Assembly: GCA_036259595.1 (NCBI GenBank)
Contig: DATABL010000222.1
Coordinates: 1,862 to 65,861 of the forward strand
DNA: 64,000 nucleotides
Direction: 5' to 3'
DNA from: Actinophytocola sp.
GTDB taxonomy: Bacteria > Actinomycetota > Actinomycetes > Mycobacteriales > Pseudonocardiaceae
Position numbers and translations under genes: made by a program. Shown here piece by piece: positions 18,340-28,297 of the stretch (position 1 is its first letter; every line of letters begins with the position of its first letter). The notes under the pieces were generated by a model. It was not told the origin of the DNA and ran no database searches. It saw only the letters and a list, made by a program, of their open reading frames with translations.

Positions 18340-19326
18340 TCAGTGCGCCCCGCTGTCGGGCAGCGCGAGCCACCACGGGTTCTCCCGCGCCCACGCGATC
18401 GTGTCGGCGACTCCGGTCGCCAGCGGTGTCGCGCACGCCCAGCCGAGCCGGGTGCGCGCCTTGGTGTTGTCCGGTACCCGGCGGGTCAGGTCCTCGTAGG
18501 AGCTGCCCAGCTTCTCCCCGGTGTCGACCTTGGTCACCTCGACGCCCGGCCCGGCCAGCTCCGCGACGACCTCGGCGACCTCGGCGACGGTGGTCTCGAC
18601 CATGCTGCCGATGTTGAACACCTCGCCCACGGCGGACGGGCTGTCCGCGGCGAGCAGCGTGCCGGCGATGGCGTCGTCGATGAAGGTGAAGCAGCGGGTC
18701 TGCTGGCCGTCGTCGTAGACCACGATCGGCTTGCCGTTCAGCGCCCGGTGCACCGACCGGCTCACCACGAAGCCGGGGCGCTGCCGGGGACCGTAGGCGT
18801 TGAAGTAACGCACGATCGTCGCCTCCAGCCCGCGCTGGCGGACGAAGGCGAACGTCAGGTGCTCGGTGAGCGCCTTGCTGGAGCTGTAGGTCCAGCGGTC
18901 GGCCGCGGTGGCGCCGAGCACCCGGTCGTCGTCCTCGCGCCACGGCACCGCGGGGTTCTTGCCGAACACCTCGCTGGTGCTGGCGACCACGACCCGCGCC
19001 CCGGCGTCGGTCGCGAGGTCGAGGACGTTGCGCGTGCCGGTGAAGTTGACGTCGATGACGTCCAGCGGGCGTGCCAGGTAGTTGTCCACTCCCACCACGG
19101 CGGCCAGGTGGTACACGACGTCCACATCGGAGGTGATGGCCTTCGCGAGCGACTCCCGGTCGAGGATGTCACCCTGGACGAACCTGGCGTGCCGGCGGGC
19201 GGTCTCCTGCCAGGCGGGCGGCGGAGTGCCGTCCAGGATGGTGACCTCGTCGCCGCGCGCGACCAGCTTCTCCACCAGGTGACTGCCGATGAACCCGCAG
19301 CCCCCCGTGACCACAACCCGGCTCAC
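18340..19326 (-). CDS. NDP-glucuronate decarboxylase-like extended SDR (ArnA/CalS9/MdpA3-type)
   Basis: TGGCGFIGSH, HLAAVVG, STSEVFG, RWTYSSSK, RYFNAYGPRQ, TRCFTFIDD; adjacent to an NDP-sugar dehydrogenase. Confidence 0.8.
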   Translation of the reverse strand: MSRVVVTGGCGFIGSHLVEKLVARGDEVTILDGTPPPAWQETARRHARFVQGDILDRESLAKAITSDVDVVYHLAAVVGVDNYLARPLDVIDVNFTGTRNVLDLATDAGARVVVASTSEVFGKNPAVPWREDDDRVLGATAADRWTYSSSKALTEHLTFAFVRQRGLEATIVRYFNAYGPRQRPGFVVSRSVHRALNGKPIVVYDDGQQTRCFTFIDDAIAGTLLAADSPSAVGEVFNIGSMVETTVAEVAEVVAELAGPGVEVTKVDTGEKLGSSYEDLTRRVPDNTKARTRLGWACATPLATGVADTIAWARENPWWLALPDSGAH

Positions 19327-19456
19327 TGTTCCGCCTCCCCGAATTTCTTACTGTTGGTCGCGTCGAGTAGTGCGCGCTGGGGTTGGTCACGTACTTGTGG
19401 CTGAGTTGCGTCACGTTCCCCTGAGGTGACGGTTCTTGAGGTGCACAAGTGGCGTC

Positions 19457-20803
19457 TCACCGACCAATTCCTCGGTAGCCGTAGCCGAGGGCGCGGAGTT
19501 CGGCGATCTTGTCGCGGGAGTAGTAGGCGCGGCCGTCGAGGACGAGGCAGCCGTCGGCGACCGGTAGGGCACCGAAGTCGAGGTCGGCGAAGTCCCGGTG
19601 CAGCGCGAGGATCGCGATGCAGTCGGCGCCGCGCACGGCGTCCTCGACGGACTCGGTGACCGGCAGGCCGAACAGCGCCTCGGCCTCCGCCACGTCGACG
19701 AGCGGGTCGTGGATGCGCACCTCGCCGCACGCCCGGACCAGTGCGGCGACCGCGTCCTCGGTCGGGGTGGCGCGCAGGTCGCCGGTGTTGTTCTTGAACG
19801 CGAGGCCGAGCACCGCGATCGTCGACGTGGCCGGGTCCTTGCCCTGCTTGGTGAGCTCGTCGACGGCGAGCTGCGCGGTGTACTCGGGCATGCCGGCGTT
19901 GACCTGCCGGCCGGCCGGCGCGGTCAGGATCTCCAGCCCCCGCTCGCGGGCGGAGTACCAGGCCATCCACGGGTCCTTGGTGAGGCAGGAGCCGCCGACG
20001 CCGACGCTCGGCAGCAGGATGTTGACCATCCCCTTGCCCTTGGGGATCGAGTTGGCCGCGGCGATCACGTCCAGCACGTCCACGCCGAACAACGCGGAGA
20101 ACTTGGCGAGCTCGTTGCCCAGCGCGATGTTCAGGTCGATCCACCAGTTGTCGGCGAGCTTGACGATCTCCGCGGCCTCCAGCGAGTCCAGCGGGATCAC
20201 CTCGACGCCCAGGGAGGAGCGCCAGAACTCGGCGGCGTCCGCGGCGCTGTCGGCGTCCAGGCCGCCGGCGACGATCGGGAACGCGTTGAGCTCGGCCAGG
20301 GCGGTGCCCTCGGCGAGGCGTTCCGGGGTGAAGGCGAGGCCGAAGTCGCGGCCGCCGACCAGCCCGCTGCGCTGCAGCAGCGGCAGCACGGTGCCACGGG
20401 TGGTGCCGGGCGGCACGGTCGACTTGAGCACGAGCAACTGCCCCTTGCGGATCCGGGTGCTCAGCTCCAGGCACGCGCTCTGCAGCTGCTCGTCGGCGAG
20501 CGAGCCGTCCTCGCGGACCGGGGTGCCGACGGTGATCAGCACGACGTCGGCCGCGGTGACCTCGGCGGTGTCGGTGGTGACCCGCAGCCGGCCGGAGTCG
20601 ATCCCGGCGAACAGCAGCTCGGCCAGACCGTGCTCGGCGAACCGGCAGTACCCGTCGGACAGCTCGTCGATGAGCGTGGCGTTGGCGTCCACCCCGACGA
20701 CGTCCAGGCCGCGGTCGGCGAGCGTGGCCGCGATGCACGAGCCGACGTAGCCGAGCCCGATGACCGCGACCTTCAGATCCTCTTTGCCGGAAACGAATTG
20801 CAT
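19457..20803 (-). CDS. Nucleotide-sugar (NDP-glucose) 6-dehydrogenase
   Basis: IGLGYVG, ITVGTP, KSTVPPGTT, PERLAEG, AEIVKLADN, GVGGSCLTKD, GLAFKNNTGDLR. Confidence 0.92.
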   Translation of the reverse strand: MQFVSGKEDLKVAVIGLGYVGSCIAATLADRGLDVVGVDANATLIDELSDGYCRFAEHGLAELLFAGIDSGRLRVTTDTAEVTAADVVLITVGTPVREDGSLADEQLQSACLELSTRIRKGQLLVLKSTVPPGTTRGTVLPLLQRSGLVGGRDFGLAFTPERLAEGTALAELNAFPIVAGGLDADSAADAAEFWRSSLGVEVIPLDSLEAAEIVKLADNWWIDLNIALGNELAKFSALFGVDVLDVIAAANSIPKGKGMVNILLPSVGVGGSCLTKDPWMAWYSARERGLEILTAPAGRQVNAGMPEYTAQLAVDELTKQGKDPATSTIAVLGLAFKNNTGDLRATPTEDAVAALVRACGEVRIHDPLVDVAEAEALFGLPVTESVEDAVRGADCIAILALHRDFADLDFGALPVADGCLVLDGRAYYSRDKIAELRALGYGYRGIGR

Positions 20804-20939
20804 TCTCTGGCTCCTCAGCAGACGTGCCGCCCGGTCCTCATCGAGGCCCGAGACCGAGGCTCGGGGTCGACAGACCAAGGTTGTCCGCGAGCGGTCCCCG
20901 CGTCGTGGGCCAGAGATCACGACGCGGTGGGATTCGGTC

Positions 20940-22112
20940 CTACGTGTAGGACTTCAGCCGGGCGGCGATCGTGTCCGGGGAGGGCATGCCGGCGATCTCC
21001 TCGGCGACGGCGGTGGCGGCGTCCCGGCGGGCGTCGTCGCCGAGCAGCGTGCGGGCCCGGGCGGCCACCGACTCGGCGTCGACCTCCTCGAGCAGCAGGC
21101 GCTCCGCCGCACCGGCGGCGACGACCATGTCGGCGTTGAGGAGCTGGTCGGGACCGGGCTTGTTCTGCAGGAACAGCTGCGGGCGCCCGGCGGACATGGC
21201 GCTGAACGTGGTCCCGTTGCCGCCGTGGTGCACCACGAGGTCGGCGTGGGGCAACAGGTCCGCCTGCGGCACCCACGCCTCGACGACCACGTTGCCCGGC
21301 ACCTCGCCCAGCGCCTCGACCGGCAGCCGGCCGGTGGCCACCAGCACGTCCACGTCCAGTGTGGACAGGCCGTCGACGGCGTGCCGGAGCATCTCGACCG
21401 AGTCGGACTCGGTGCCCATCGTCAGGTACACCAGCGGCCGGCCGCGGTCGCGGGTGCGCACCCAGCCCGGCAGCTCGGCCGGCGGGTTGAACGGGACCGG
21501 GCGCAGCTCGACCCGATCGGCCGTGGCGAGGAAGTGCGGGTCCTGCATGGACGGCGGGCAGATGTCGAGGAAGGTGTTGCCGAGGTGGACGGCGTACTCC
21601 TCGGGCAGCGTCACGCCCAGCTCGGCGGCGTACTCGCGGAGCACCACGGCGGTGCGGGCCATCATCTCGTTGTCGTCCGCCCGCGCGCGGCCGGTGCCGT
21701 GGCAGAGCGCGGGGATGCCGTCGACGGCGGCGGCGATGCCCGGCCCCGGGCAGTACCCGCCGTGGATCACCAGGTCGGGACGGTTCTCGGCGAACACGGG
21801 ACGCAGGGCGTCGACGAAGGCCTGCGGCATGAGGCGGCTGAACCTCGTCGAGATCAGCTCCAGCTGCCGCTCCTGCGGGAGCTGGTCGAAGTCCGGGTGC
21901 TCGGCGCGCACCGCCCCGACGGCGTCGCCGACCACCTCGTCGGTCGAGCGGCCGGCCAGCACCGGGGTCAGCCCGAGACCGCTCAGCAGCGGGTGCCGCA
22001 CCTCACCGGTGGCGAACAGCACCTCGTCGCCGCGCTCGCGGGCGGCGACCGCCAGGGGGAGAAGTTGGAAGAAGTGCCCGTACGCCGAGAGACTCGAGAA
22101 CAGAACGCGCAT
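20940..22112 (-). CDS. GT1-family natural-product glycosyltransferase
   Basis: MRVLF...YGHF..LLPLA, RPLVYLTMGT, WVPQADLL, VVHHGGNGT, DQ. Confidence 0.92.
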   Translation of the reverse strand: MRVLFSSLSAYGHFFQLLPLAVAARERGDEVLFATGEVRHPLLSGLGLTPVLAGRSTDEVVGDAVGAVRAEHPDFDQLPQERQLELISTRFSRLMPQAFVDALRPVFAENRPDLVIHGGYCPGPGIAAAVDGIPALCHGTGRARADDNEMMARTAVVLREYAAELGVTLPEEYAVHLGNTFLDICPPSMQDPHFLATADRVELRPVPFNPPAELPGWVRTRDRGRPLVYLTMGTESDSVEMLRHAVDGLSTLDVDVLVATGRLPVEALGEVPGNVVVEAWVPQADLLPHADLVVHHGGNGTTFSAMSAGRPQLFLQNKPGPDQLLNADMVVAAGAAERLLLEEVDAESVAARARTLLGDDARRDAATAVAEEIAGMPSPDTIAARLKSYT

Positions 22113-22165
22113 GCCACCGATGCTAGCCACGAACTCCGGGCGGTAGCCGGAAAACCGTGGTGGCT

Positions 22166-22208
22166 TCGAGAAGCCTTCGAGACCGCTCCGAGTGGGATGC
22201 GGCATCGT
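22166..22208 (+). promoter_or_regulatory. SARP-type repeats plus candidate -10
   Basis: TCGAG 22166, TCGAG 22177, CCGAG 22188 (11-bp period); CATCGT 8 nt after the last heptamer and 8 nt before GTG 22217. Confidence 0.65.
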
Positions 22209-22216
22209 CTCGCCCT

Positions 22217-22678
22217 GTGACCGATGTGCTTCCCCAGACCGACAACGACCTCCAGCCCGCGGTCGGCCGGATCTCCCCGTGCCGCATGGTCGACCTCACC
22301 GAGCACACCGACCCGCGCGGCAAGCTCACCGTGGTCGAGCCGGGCAAGGAGGTCGACTTCGAGATCCGGCGCGCCTACTACATCCACCACGTGCCGGCGG
22401 GAGCCGAGCGGGGTGCGCACGGTCACCGCAGACTGCGCCAGCTGATCGTCGCGGTGCACGGCAGCTTCGAGGTCGTGGTGGACGACGGGTACGCCAGCGC
22501 GCGGTTCGTGCTCGACGACCCGAGCCGGGGTCTGTACGTCGGTCCGATGGTGTGGCGCGACATGGTCGCCTTCGCACCGGGAACCGTGGGCCTGTGGCTG
22601 GTGTCCGAGCCGTACGACGAGTCGGAGTACTACCGCGACTACGACGAGTACCTCCGTGACGCAAGGGCGATCAATTGA
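22217..22678 (+). CDS. NDP-4-keto-sugar 3,4-ketoisomerase (FdtA/QdtA/Tyl1a-type cupin)
   Basis: DPRGKLTVVE, FEIRRAYY, RGAHGH, GLYVGPMVWRDM, YDESEYYRDY; start uncertain. Confidence 0.88.
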   Translation: MTDVLPQTDNDLQPAVGRISPCRMVDLTEHTDPRGKLTVVEPGKEVDFEIRRAYYIHHVPAGAERGAHGHRRLRQLIVAVHGSFEVVVDDGYASARFVLDDPSRGLYVGPMVWRDMVAFAPGTVGLWLVSEPYDESEYYRDYDEYLRDARAIN

Positions 22679-23793
22679 CTATCCCGTTCCTGGATCTCGG
22701 CGCCGCGTACCGCGAGCTGGCGTCCGACGTGGACGCGGCGGTCCAGCGGGTGCTGTCGTCCGGCTGGTACCTGCTCGGTCCCGAGGTCACCGCGTTCGAG
22801 GCGGAGTTCGCCGCCTACTGCGGGGCGGAGCACTGCGTCGCCCTCGGCTCCGGCCTGGACGCGATCACGCTCTCGTTGCGGGCCATGGACATCGGCCCCG
22901 GCGACGAGGTGGTCGTGCCGTCGCACACGTTCATCGCGACCTGGCTCGGCGTCGCGGCGACCGGCGCCACGCCGGTCCCGGTCGAGCCGGACCCCGGCAC
23001 GCTCAACCTCGACCCGGCGCGGCTCGCGGCCGCGATCACCCCGCGCACCAGGGCGGTCGTGCCGGTGCACCTGTACGGACAACCGGCCGACCTGACCGCG
23101 ATCGGCGCGGCCGCCGGCGACGTGCCGGTGCTCGAGGACGCCGCGCAGGCACACGGCGCGTACCACCGGGGCGAGCGCGTCGGCTCCCGGCACGCGGCGG
23201 CGTTCTCCTTCTACCCCGGGAAGAACCTGGGCGCGCTCGGCGACGGCGGAGCGCTGGTGACGAACTCCGCCGAGCTGGCCGAGCGGGTGCGACTGCTGCG
23301 CAACTACGGCTCCCGGGTGAAGTACCAGCACGAGGTCAAGGGCACGAACTCGCGCCTGGACGAGCTCCAGGCCGCCGTGCTGCGGGTCAAGCTGTCCTGT
23401 TTGGACGAGTGGAACGCGCGCCGCAAGGCCGTCGCGGCCCGGTACCTGGCCGAGCTGTCCGAGGTGGACGGTCTGGTGCTGCCCGAGGTGCCGGCCTGGG
23501 CGGACCCGGTGTGGCACCTGTTCGTGGTCCGCACTCCGCACCGCGACCGGCTTCGGGAGCTGCTCGACGCGGCCGGGGTCGGCACGCTCATCCACTACCC
23601 CGTCGCCGCGCACCGCGCGCCCGCGTTCGCCGACGCCGGTTGGCCCGACGGCTCGCTGCCGCTGGCCGAGCGGGCCGCGGCCGAGGTGCTGAGCCTCCCG
23701 ATGGGTCCGCACCTGACCGAGGACCAGGTGACCGAGGTGATCGCCGCGGTGCGTGCCGCCATGGCCGAGATCGGCGGCCGCGCCGCGGCGTGA
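22675..23793 (+). CDS. DegT/DnrJ/EryC1/StrS sugar aminotransferase (C-3 type, FdtB/TylB/DesV-like)
   Basis: PVHLYGQ, EDAAQAHG, FSFYPGKNLGALGDGG, NSRLDELQAA; TTGA overlap with the isomerase. Confidence 0.92.
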   Translation: MTIPFLDLGAAYRELASDVDAAVQRVLSSGWYLLGPEVTAFEAEFAAYCGAEHCVALGSGLDAITLSLRAMDIGPGDEVVVPSHTFIATWLGVAATGATPVPVEPDPGTLNLDPARLAAAITPRTRAVVPVHLYGQPADLTAIGAAAGDVPVLEDAAQAHGAYHRGERVGSRHAAAFSFYPGKNLGALGDGGALVTNSAELAERVRLLRNYGSRVKYQHEVKGTNSRLDELQAAVLRVKLSCLDEWNARRKAVAARYLAELSEVDGLVLPEVPAWADPVWHLFVVRTPHRDRLRELLDAAGVGTLIHYPVAAHRAPAFADAGWPDGSLPLAERAAAEVLSLPMGPHLTEDQVTEVIAAVRAAMAEIGGRAAA

Positions 23794-23800
23794 CCCCCGC

Positions 23801-24535
23801 TCACCCGCGCACGCCCACGAACCTCCCCCGGCCGGACGGCCCGTCGACCAGGTACTCGACCGTCGCGCAGCCCGCGTCCCGCAGGGCGTTCTCGTACTGC
23901 TCGCGGGTGAACAGCGTGTTGACCACCGTGTTGGTGAAGTGCCGGGCGCCGTCCTCCTCGGTCGCCACGACGTAGTGCACGACCATGGTCGTCACCAGGC
24001 CCTCCGCCCTGGTGTGGGAGACCCGGGAGATCGTGTAGCCGTCGCGGCGCACGATGTCACCACCCACGTAGTTCGGCAGGAAGTTGTCCGGGAACCACCA
24101 CGGCTCCACGACCAGCACGCCGCCCGGCTCCAGGTGCGCGACCAGCCGCTCGGCCGCCGCGGCGAGCTCCTCGGCCGTGCGCATGTGCCCGACCGCGGCG
24201 AACAGGCAGGTCACCACGTCGAACGTGCGGCCGAGGTCGAAGTCCCGCATGTCGCCGACGTGCAGCGGCACGAACGGCAGCCTGCCCTTCGCGATCGTCA
24301 GCATGTCCTCGGACAGCTCGACGCCCTCCACGTGCTCGAACAGGTCGGTGAAACCGCGCAGGTGCAGGCCGGTGCCGCAGGCGACGTCCACGAGCGACCG
24401 GGCGTCCGGGCGCCGCGCGGTGACCAGCCTGGTGAGCTCGGCGACCTCGGCGGCGTAGTCCTTGCCCCGGCCCTGGTAGATCAGGTCGTAGACGGTGGCG
24501 TAGCGGTCGTCGAACGCGGGTCGTGGGTCGTGCAT
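23801..24535 (-). CDS. Amino-sugar N,N-dimethyltransferase (TylM1/DesVI-like)
   Basis: YDLIYQGRGKDY..E, LVDVACGTG.HL, GDMRDFDLG, VEPWWFP..F, SRVSH, LFTREQYE. Confidence 0.88.
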   Translation of the reverse strand: MHDPRPAFDDRYATVYDLIYQGRGKDYAAEVAELTRLVTARRPDARSLVDVACGTGLHLRGFTDLFEHVEGVELSEDMLTIAKGRLPFVPLHVGDMRDFDLGRTFDVVTCLFAAVGHMRTAEELAAAAERLVAHLEPGGVLVVEPWWFPDNFLPNYVGGDIVRRDGYTISRVSHTRAEGLVTTMVVHYVVATEEDGARHFTNTVVNTLFTREQYENALRDAGCATVEYLVDGPSGRGRFVGVRG

Positions 24536-24548
24536 GTTCGTTCCCTCC

Positions 24549-25103
24549 TCAGGCGACCGACCGGCGGGGCTGTTCCCGCGCCCGGTCGACGATCAGTTGC
24601 AGCAGCCCGGCGACCGACACCCCGCCCACGATCTGCCGGCGCCGGATCAGGTCGGGCACGTCGGCCAGCGGGATCCAGTCGACGCGGTCGGACTCGTAGG
24701 CGTCCGCCGGCGGACCGGTGTAGCGCGCCCCGTCGGCGACGTAGATCCACTGCTCGGCGTCGGTGATGCCGGCGACCGGCTGCAGGTACGCGAGCTCGCG
24801 CAGCCGCGACGGCCGCCACCCGGTCTCCTCCTCCGCCTCACGCGCCGCGGCCCGCACGGGCGACTCACCGGGATCGACCCAGCCGCCGGGCAGCTCCCAG
24901 TTCCAGGTGTCGGTGGTGAAGCGGTGCCGCCACACCATGAGCACGCGGTCGGCCCGGTCCAGCACCGCGATGCCGACCGACGCGGGCAGCCGGACCAGGT
25001 GGTGCTCCCAGCGCACGCCGTCCGGCCGCTCCACATCGGACAGTCCGAGGGACACCCAGGCACTGCTGTACAACCGGCGCTCCCCGTGCACGGTCCAGCG
25101 CAT
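24549..25103 (-). CDS. NUDIX hydrolase
   Basis: Nudix box GGWVDPGESPVRAAAREAEEETGW. Confidence 0.88.
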   Translation of the reverse strand: MRWTVHGERRLYSSAWVSLGLSDVERPDGVRWEHHLVRLPASVGIAVLDRADRVLMVWRHRFTTDTWNWELPGGWVDPGESPVRAAAREAEEETGWRPSRLRELAYLQPVAGITDAEQWIYVADGARYTGPPADAYESDRVDWIPLADVPDLIRRRQIVGGVSVAGLLQLIVDRAREQPRRSVA

Positions 25104-25108
25104 CGCCG

Positions 25109-26536
25109 CTACCCCCGGACCGCCGCGGGCTCCGGCTCCCGCGCGGCCGGTGGGACCGTCCTGCGGCGCCACGCCAGCACCAGCGCGGGCAGCAGGCCGG
25201 CGATCGTCAGCACGAGTGGAAGCCAGAAGACCAGGTCGAACGCGGCCGCCGGCTCGGGTGCGGCCCGCAGCCTGGCGTCGAGCACCACCACGAACAACGC
25301 GACCGCGCTGGACGCGCCGAACTCCTGCACGATCGAGAACGTGGCGGTGGCGTGCGGGATCTTCATCGGGTTCAGCGCGCGGTACGCGGCGGTCATCGCC
25401 GGCATGATCGTGCAGCCCGCGCCGATCCCGATGATCCACAGCGACAGGCCGAGCCGCAGGTAGCCGCCGTCCGCGCCGGCCTGGGTGAAGGAGAAGAAAC
25501 CCAGTACCAGCAGAGGAATCCCGGCGAGCACCAGCGGCGCCTGCTTGCCCCGGTCGACCAGCCGGCCGGCGATCGGCATCATCATCGCGACGCCGATCCC
25601 CTGCGGCGCCAGCAGGAGCCCGGCGACCAGCGCCGACTCACCGTGCACGATCTGGTAGTAGAGCGGGAAGAGCATCATCGAGCCCGACAGGGTGGCGTTC
25701 ATCAGGAACTGGATGCCGGCCGCGCCGGCGAACACCCGGTTGCCGAACAACCTGAGGTCCAGCAGTGGCTTCTCGGTCCGCAGCGCGTGCCGCACGAACA
25801 GCGCGAGCAGCACGATCCCGGCACCGCCGGGCAGCAGGAACCCGGCCGAGGCGAGGTCGGCGGCCGCGGAGACGTTGACGATCCCGAACACCAGCAGCGT
25901 CACCCCGGGGCACACCAGCAGGAACCCGCGGAGGTCGATGCCACCGCCCGCCTCCCGCTCCGGATCGCGGTCGAACGCGAACCAGGCCAGGGTGACCGCG
26001 ATGGCGCCGATCGGCAGGTTGATCAGGAAGATCCACCGCCAGGACACGGTGTCGATCAGCAACCCGCCCAGCACCGGACCGAGCACCGGACCGAGCACCA
26101 GCGGCACCCCGACGACGCTCATCGCCCGGCCCATCCGCTCCCGGCCCGCCGTCCTGGCCACGATGGACGTGCCGACCGGGGCGATCAGCCCCGCGCCGAT
26201 CCCCTGCAGCACCCGGAACGCGATCAGGCTGGGCACCGACCACGCCAGCCCGGCGAGCAGCGACCCGACCGCGAAGATCACCGCCGCGGTCAGCCACAGC
26301 CGCCGCGCGCCGAAGAAGTCCGTCGCCCAGCCGGTGAGCGGCACGACCAGGGCCGCGGCCAGGATGTAGGCGGTCGTCACCCACTGGATGGTCGACAGGC
26401 CGACCCCGAACTCGTCGGACAGCGTGTGCAGGGCGACCCCGATGATCGTCATGTCGATGATCGCGGTCACCGCGCCGAGCGCGACGATCAGGGCGACTCC
26501 GAGGACCTTGCGGTCCAGCGGCGGGGCGTCACTCAC
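25109..26536 (-). CDS. MFS drug efflux transporter (DHA2, EmrB/QacA)
   Basis: IDMTIIGVAL, QWVTTAY, FRVLQGIG, GPVLGG, WRWIFLINLPIG; about 14 TM. Confidence 0.92.
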   Translation of the reverse strand: MSDAPPLDRKVLGVALIVALGAVTAIIDMTIIGVALHTLSDEFGVGLSTIQWVTTAYILAAALVVPLTGWATDFFGARRLWLTAAVIFAVGSLLAGLAWSVPSLIAFRVLQGIGAGLIAPVGTSIVARTAGRERMGRAMSVVGVPLVLGPVLGPVLGGLLIDTVSWRWIFLINLPIGAIAVTLAWFAFDRDPEREAGGGIDLRGFLLVCPGVTLLVFGIVNVSAAADLASAGFLLPGGAGIVLLALFVRHALRTEKPLLDLRLFGNRVFAGAAGIQFLMNATLSGSMMLFPLYYQIVHGESALVAGLLLAPQGIGVAMMMPIAGRLVDRGKQAPLVLAGIPLLVLGFFSFTQAGADGGYLRLGLSLWIIGIGAGCTIMPAMTAAYRALNPMKIPHATATFSIVQEFGASSAVALFVVVLDARLRAAPEPAAAFDLVFWLPLVLTIAGLLPALVLAWRRRTVPPAAREPEPAAVRG

Positions 26537-28097
26537 CGGCGCCCACCTTCTCCCGCTCGGGCGCGTCGCCGTGCCCGTGCCCGTGCTGGTCGCGCAGCAC
26601 GGTGTTCGGCAGGAACCAGGCCAGCACGAACGCCACCACCATCAGTCCGCCGGCGGTCAGGAACACCGTCCGCAGCGAACCGGTGAAGGCCTCGATCACC
26701 TGGGGGTAGACCTCGGGCTGGGTCGTCGCCAGCTCCTTGATGGCCGCCGGGTCCTGGTAGACGGCGTTGGAGGTCGCACTGGACGTGCCGGCCGACACGA
26801 GCCCGGCGGCCAGCAGCGCGCCGAACACCGCGGCGCCGATGGCCGAGCCGATCACCCGGATGAAGTTCGCCTGCGCGGTGATCGCACCGAGCTCCCGCCG
26901 GCTCACCAGGTTCTGCACCGCGATGATCAGCTTGGAGATCACCATGCCCATGCCGAGGCCGAGCACCGCCTGGTACAGCCACAGCCGCCAGGCCGGGGTC
27001 GACGCGTCCAGCAGGGACAGCAGGAACAGCCCGCCGGCCATGGTCGCCACGCCGGCGACCACCACGACCTTGGTCCGGCCGAGCACCGCGGCGATCAGCC
27101 ACCCGGACAGGCCGGAGCCGAGCATGACCGCGATCATCAGCGGCAGCAGGTTCAACCCGGCCATCGTCGGGTCGTCACCGCGCACGACCTGCAGGTAGAT
27201 CGGCAGGAAGAAGTAGGCGCCGATGGTCGCGACGCCGATGACGAACGTGATCACCATGGCCAGGGCGATCTCCGGCACGCGGAATATCCCGAGCGGCACG
27301 ATAGGTTCCTTCGCCCGCCGCTCCCAGGCCAGGAACGCCGCGGTCAGCAGCACCGCCGCGGCGATCAGGCCGAGCATCTGCGGGGAGCCCCACGCGTACT
27401 CGGTGCCGCCCCAGATGCTGACCAGCACCAGCACCGAGATCGTCGCGACCAGCAGGGTCGCGCCCAGGTAGTCCACCGACACCGGCCGGCTGATCCGGGG
27501 CAGCTTCAGGTTCCTGGCCAGCACGACCAGCCCGATCAGCCCGATCGGCACGTTGATCCAGAAGCACCAGCGCCAGGACACGTACTCGGTGAACGCCCCG
27601 CCGACCAGCGGTCCGACCAGCGACGCCAGCGCGTACATGGCACCGACCATGCCCTGCACCCGGCCGAGCTGGCGGGGCGGCACGACGCTCGCGGAGATGG
27701 TGAACGCCAGCACCACCAGGCCGCCGGCGCCGATGCCCTGGACGGCACGGAACAGGACCAGCTGGGTCATGTCCTGACTGAAACCGACGAGCAGCGAACC
27801 GGCGGTGAAAATCGCGATGGAGAACATGTAGACCGGTTTCGGCCCGTACATGTCGCCCAGTTTTCCGTACAGCGCCATCGCCGCGGTGGTGGTCAACAGG
27901 TAGGACGTGACGACCAGGGAGAAACTGTCGATCTGGCCGAACTCGCCCACCATCGTCGGCAGCGCGGTACCCACGATCGTCTGGTCGAGCGCGGAGAGCA
28001 GCTGACCGGTGAGCAGCACGATCAGCACCGTCCGCAGCTGCCATGGCGCGAGCCCGACCTGCGGAGAGGACGCGTCCTGGGGATTGCCTGCGGCCAT
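26529..28097 (-). CDS. MFS drug efflux transporter (DHA2, 14 TM)
   Basis: LDQTIVGTALP, YGKLGDMYG, RAVQGIGAGG, WRWCFWINVPIG. Confidence 0.92.
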   Translation of the reverse strand: MAAGNPQDASSPQVGLAPWQLRTVLIVLLTGQLLSALDQTIVGTALPTMVGEFGQIDSFSLVVTSYLLTTTAAMALYGKLGDMYGPKPVYMFSIAIFTAGSLLVGFSQDMTQLVLFRAVQGIGAGGLVVLAFTISASVVPPRQLGRVQGMVGAMYALASLVGPLVGGAFTEYVSWRWCFWINVPIGLIGLVVLARNLKLPRISRPVSVDYLGATLLVATISVLVLVSIWGGTEYAWGSPQMLGLIAAAVLLTAAFLAWERRAKEPIVPLGIFRVPEIALAMVITFVIGVATIGAYFFLPIYLQVVRGDDPTMAGLNLLPLMIAVMLGSGLSGWLIAAVLGRTKVVVVAGVATMAGGLFLLSLLDASTPAWRLWLYQAVLGLGMGMVISKLIIAVQNLVSRRELGAITAQANFIRVIGSAIGAAVFGALLAAGLVSAGTSSATSNAVYQDPAAIKELATTQPEVYPQVIEAFTGSLRTVFLTAGGLMVVAFVLAWFLPNTVLRDQHGHGHGDAPEREKVGAGE

Positions 28098-28206
28098 CGA
28101 GGCCTCCTCCTGGGCTGGGCGTAGGTCGCTCCAGCGTCCCCCTCGACCGTCCCAGCGGCGTCCCCCCGAGGTCCCATCCGGGCTGGGAAACCGTCCCGCC
28201 GGTTCG

Positions 28207-28280
28207 TCGAGCTAGTCTTGAGCACCGTTCGAGTACCGCACCGGAAGGTCGCTTGCGTCGGAATTCGAGTCGGTCACGAG
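28207..28280. promoter_or_regulatory. SARP-type repeats in the divergent transporter promoter region
   Basis: TCGAG 28207, TTGAG 28218, TCGAG 28229; second pair TCGAG 28265 / ACGAG 28276. Confidence 0.6.
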
Positions 28281-28297
28281 AATGCGTGGAGTAGCCG

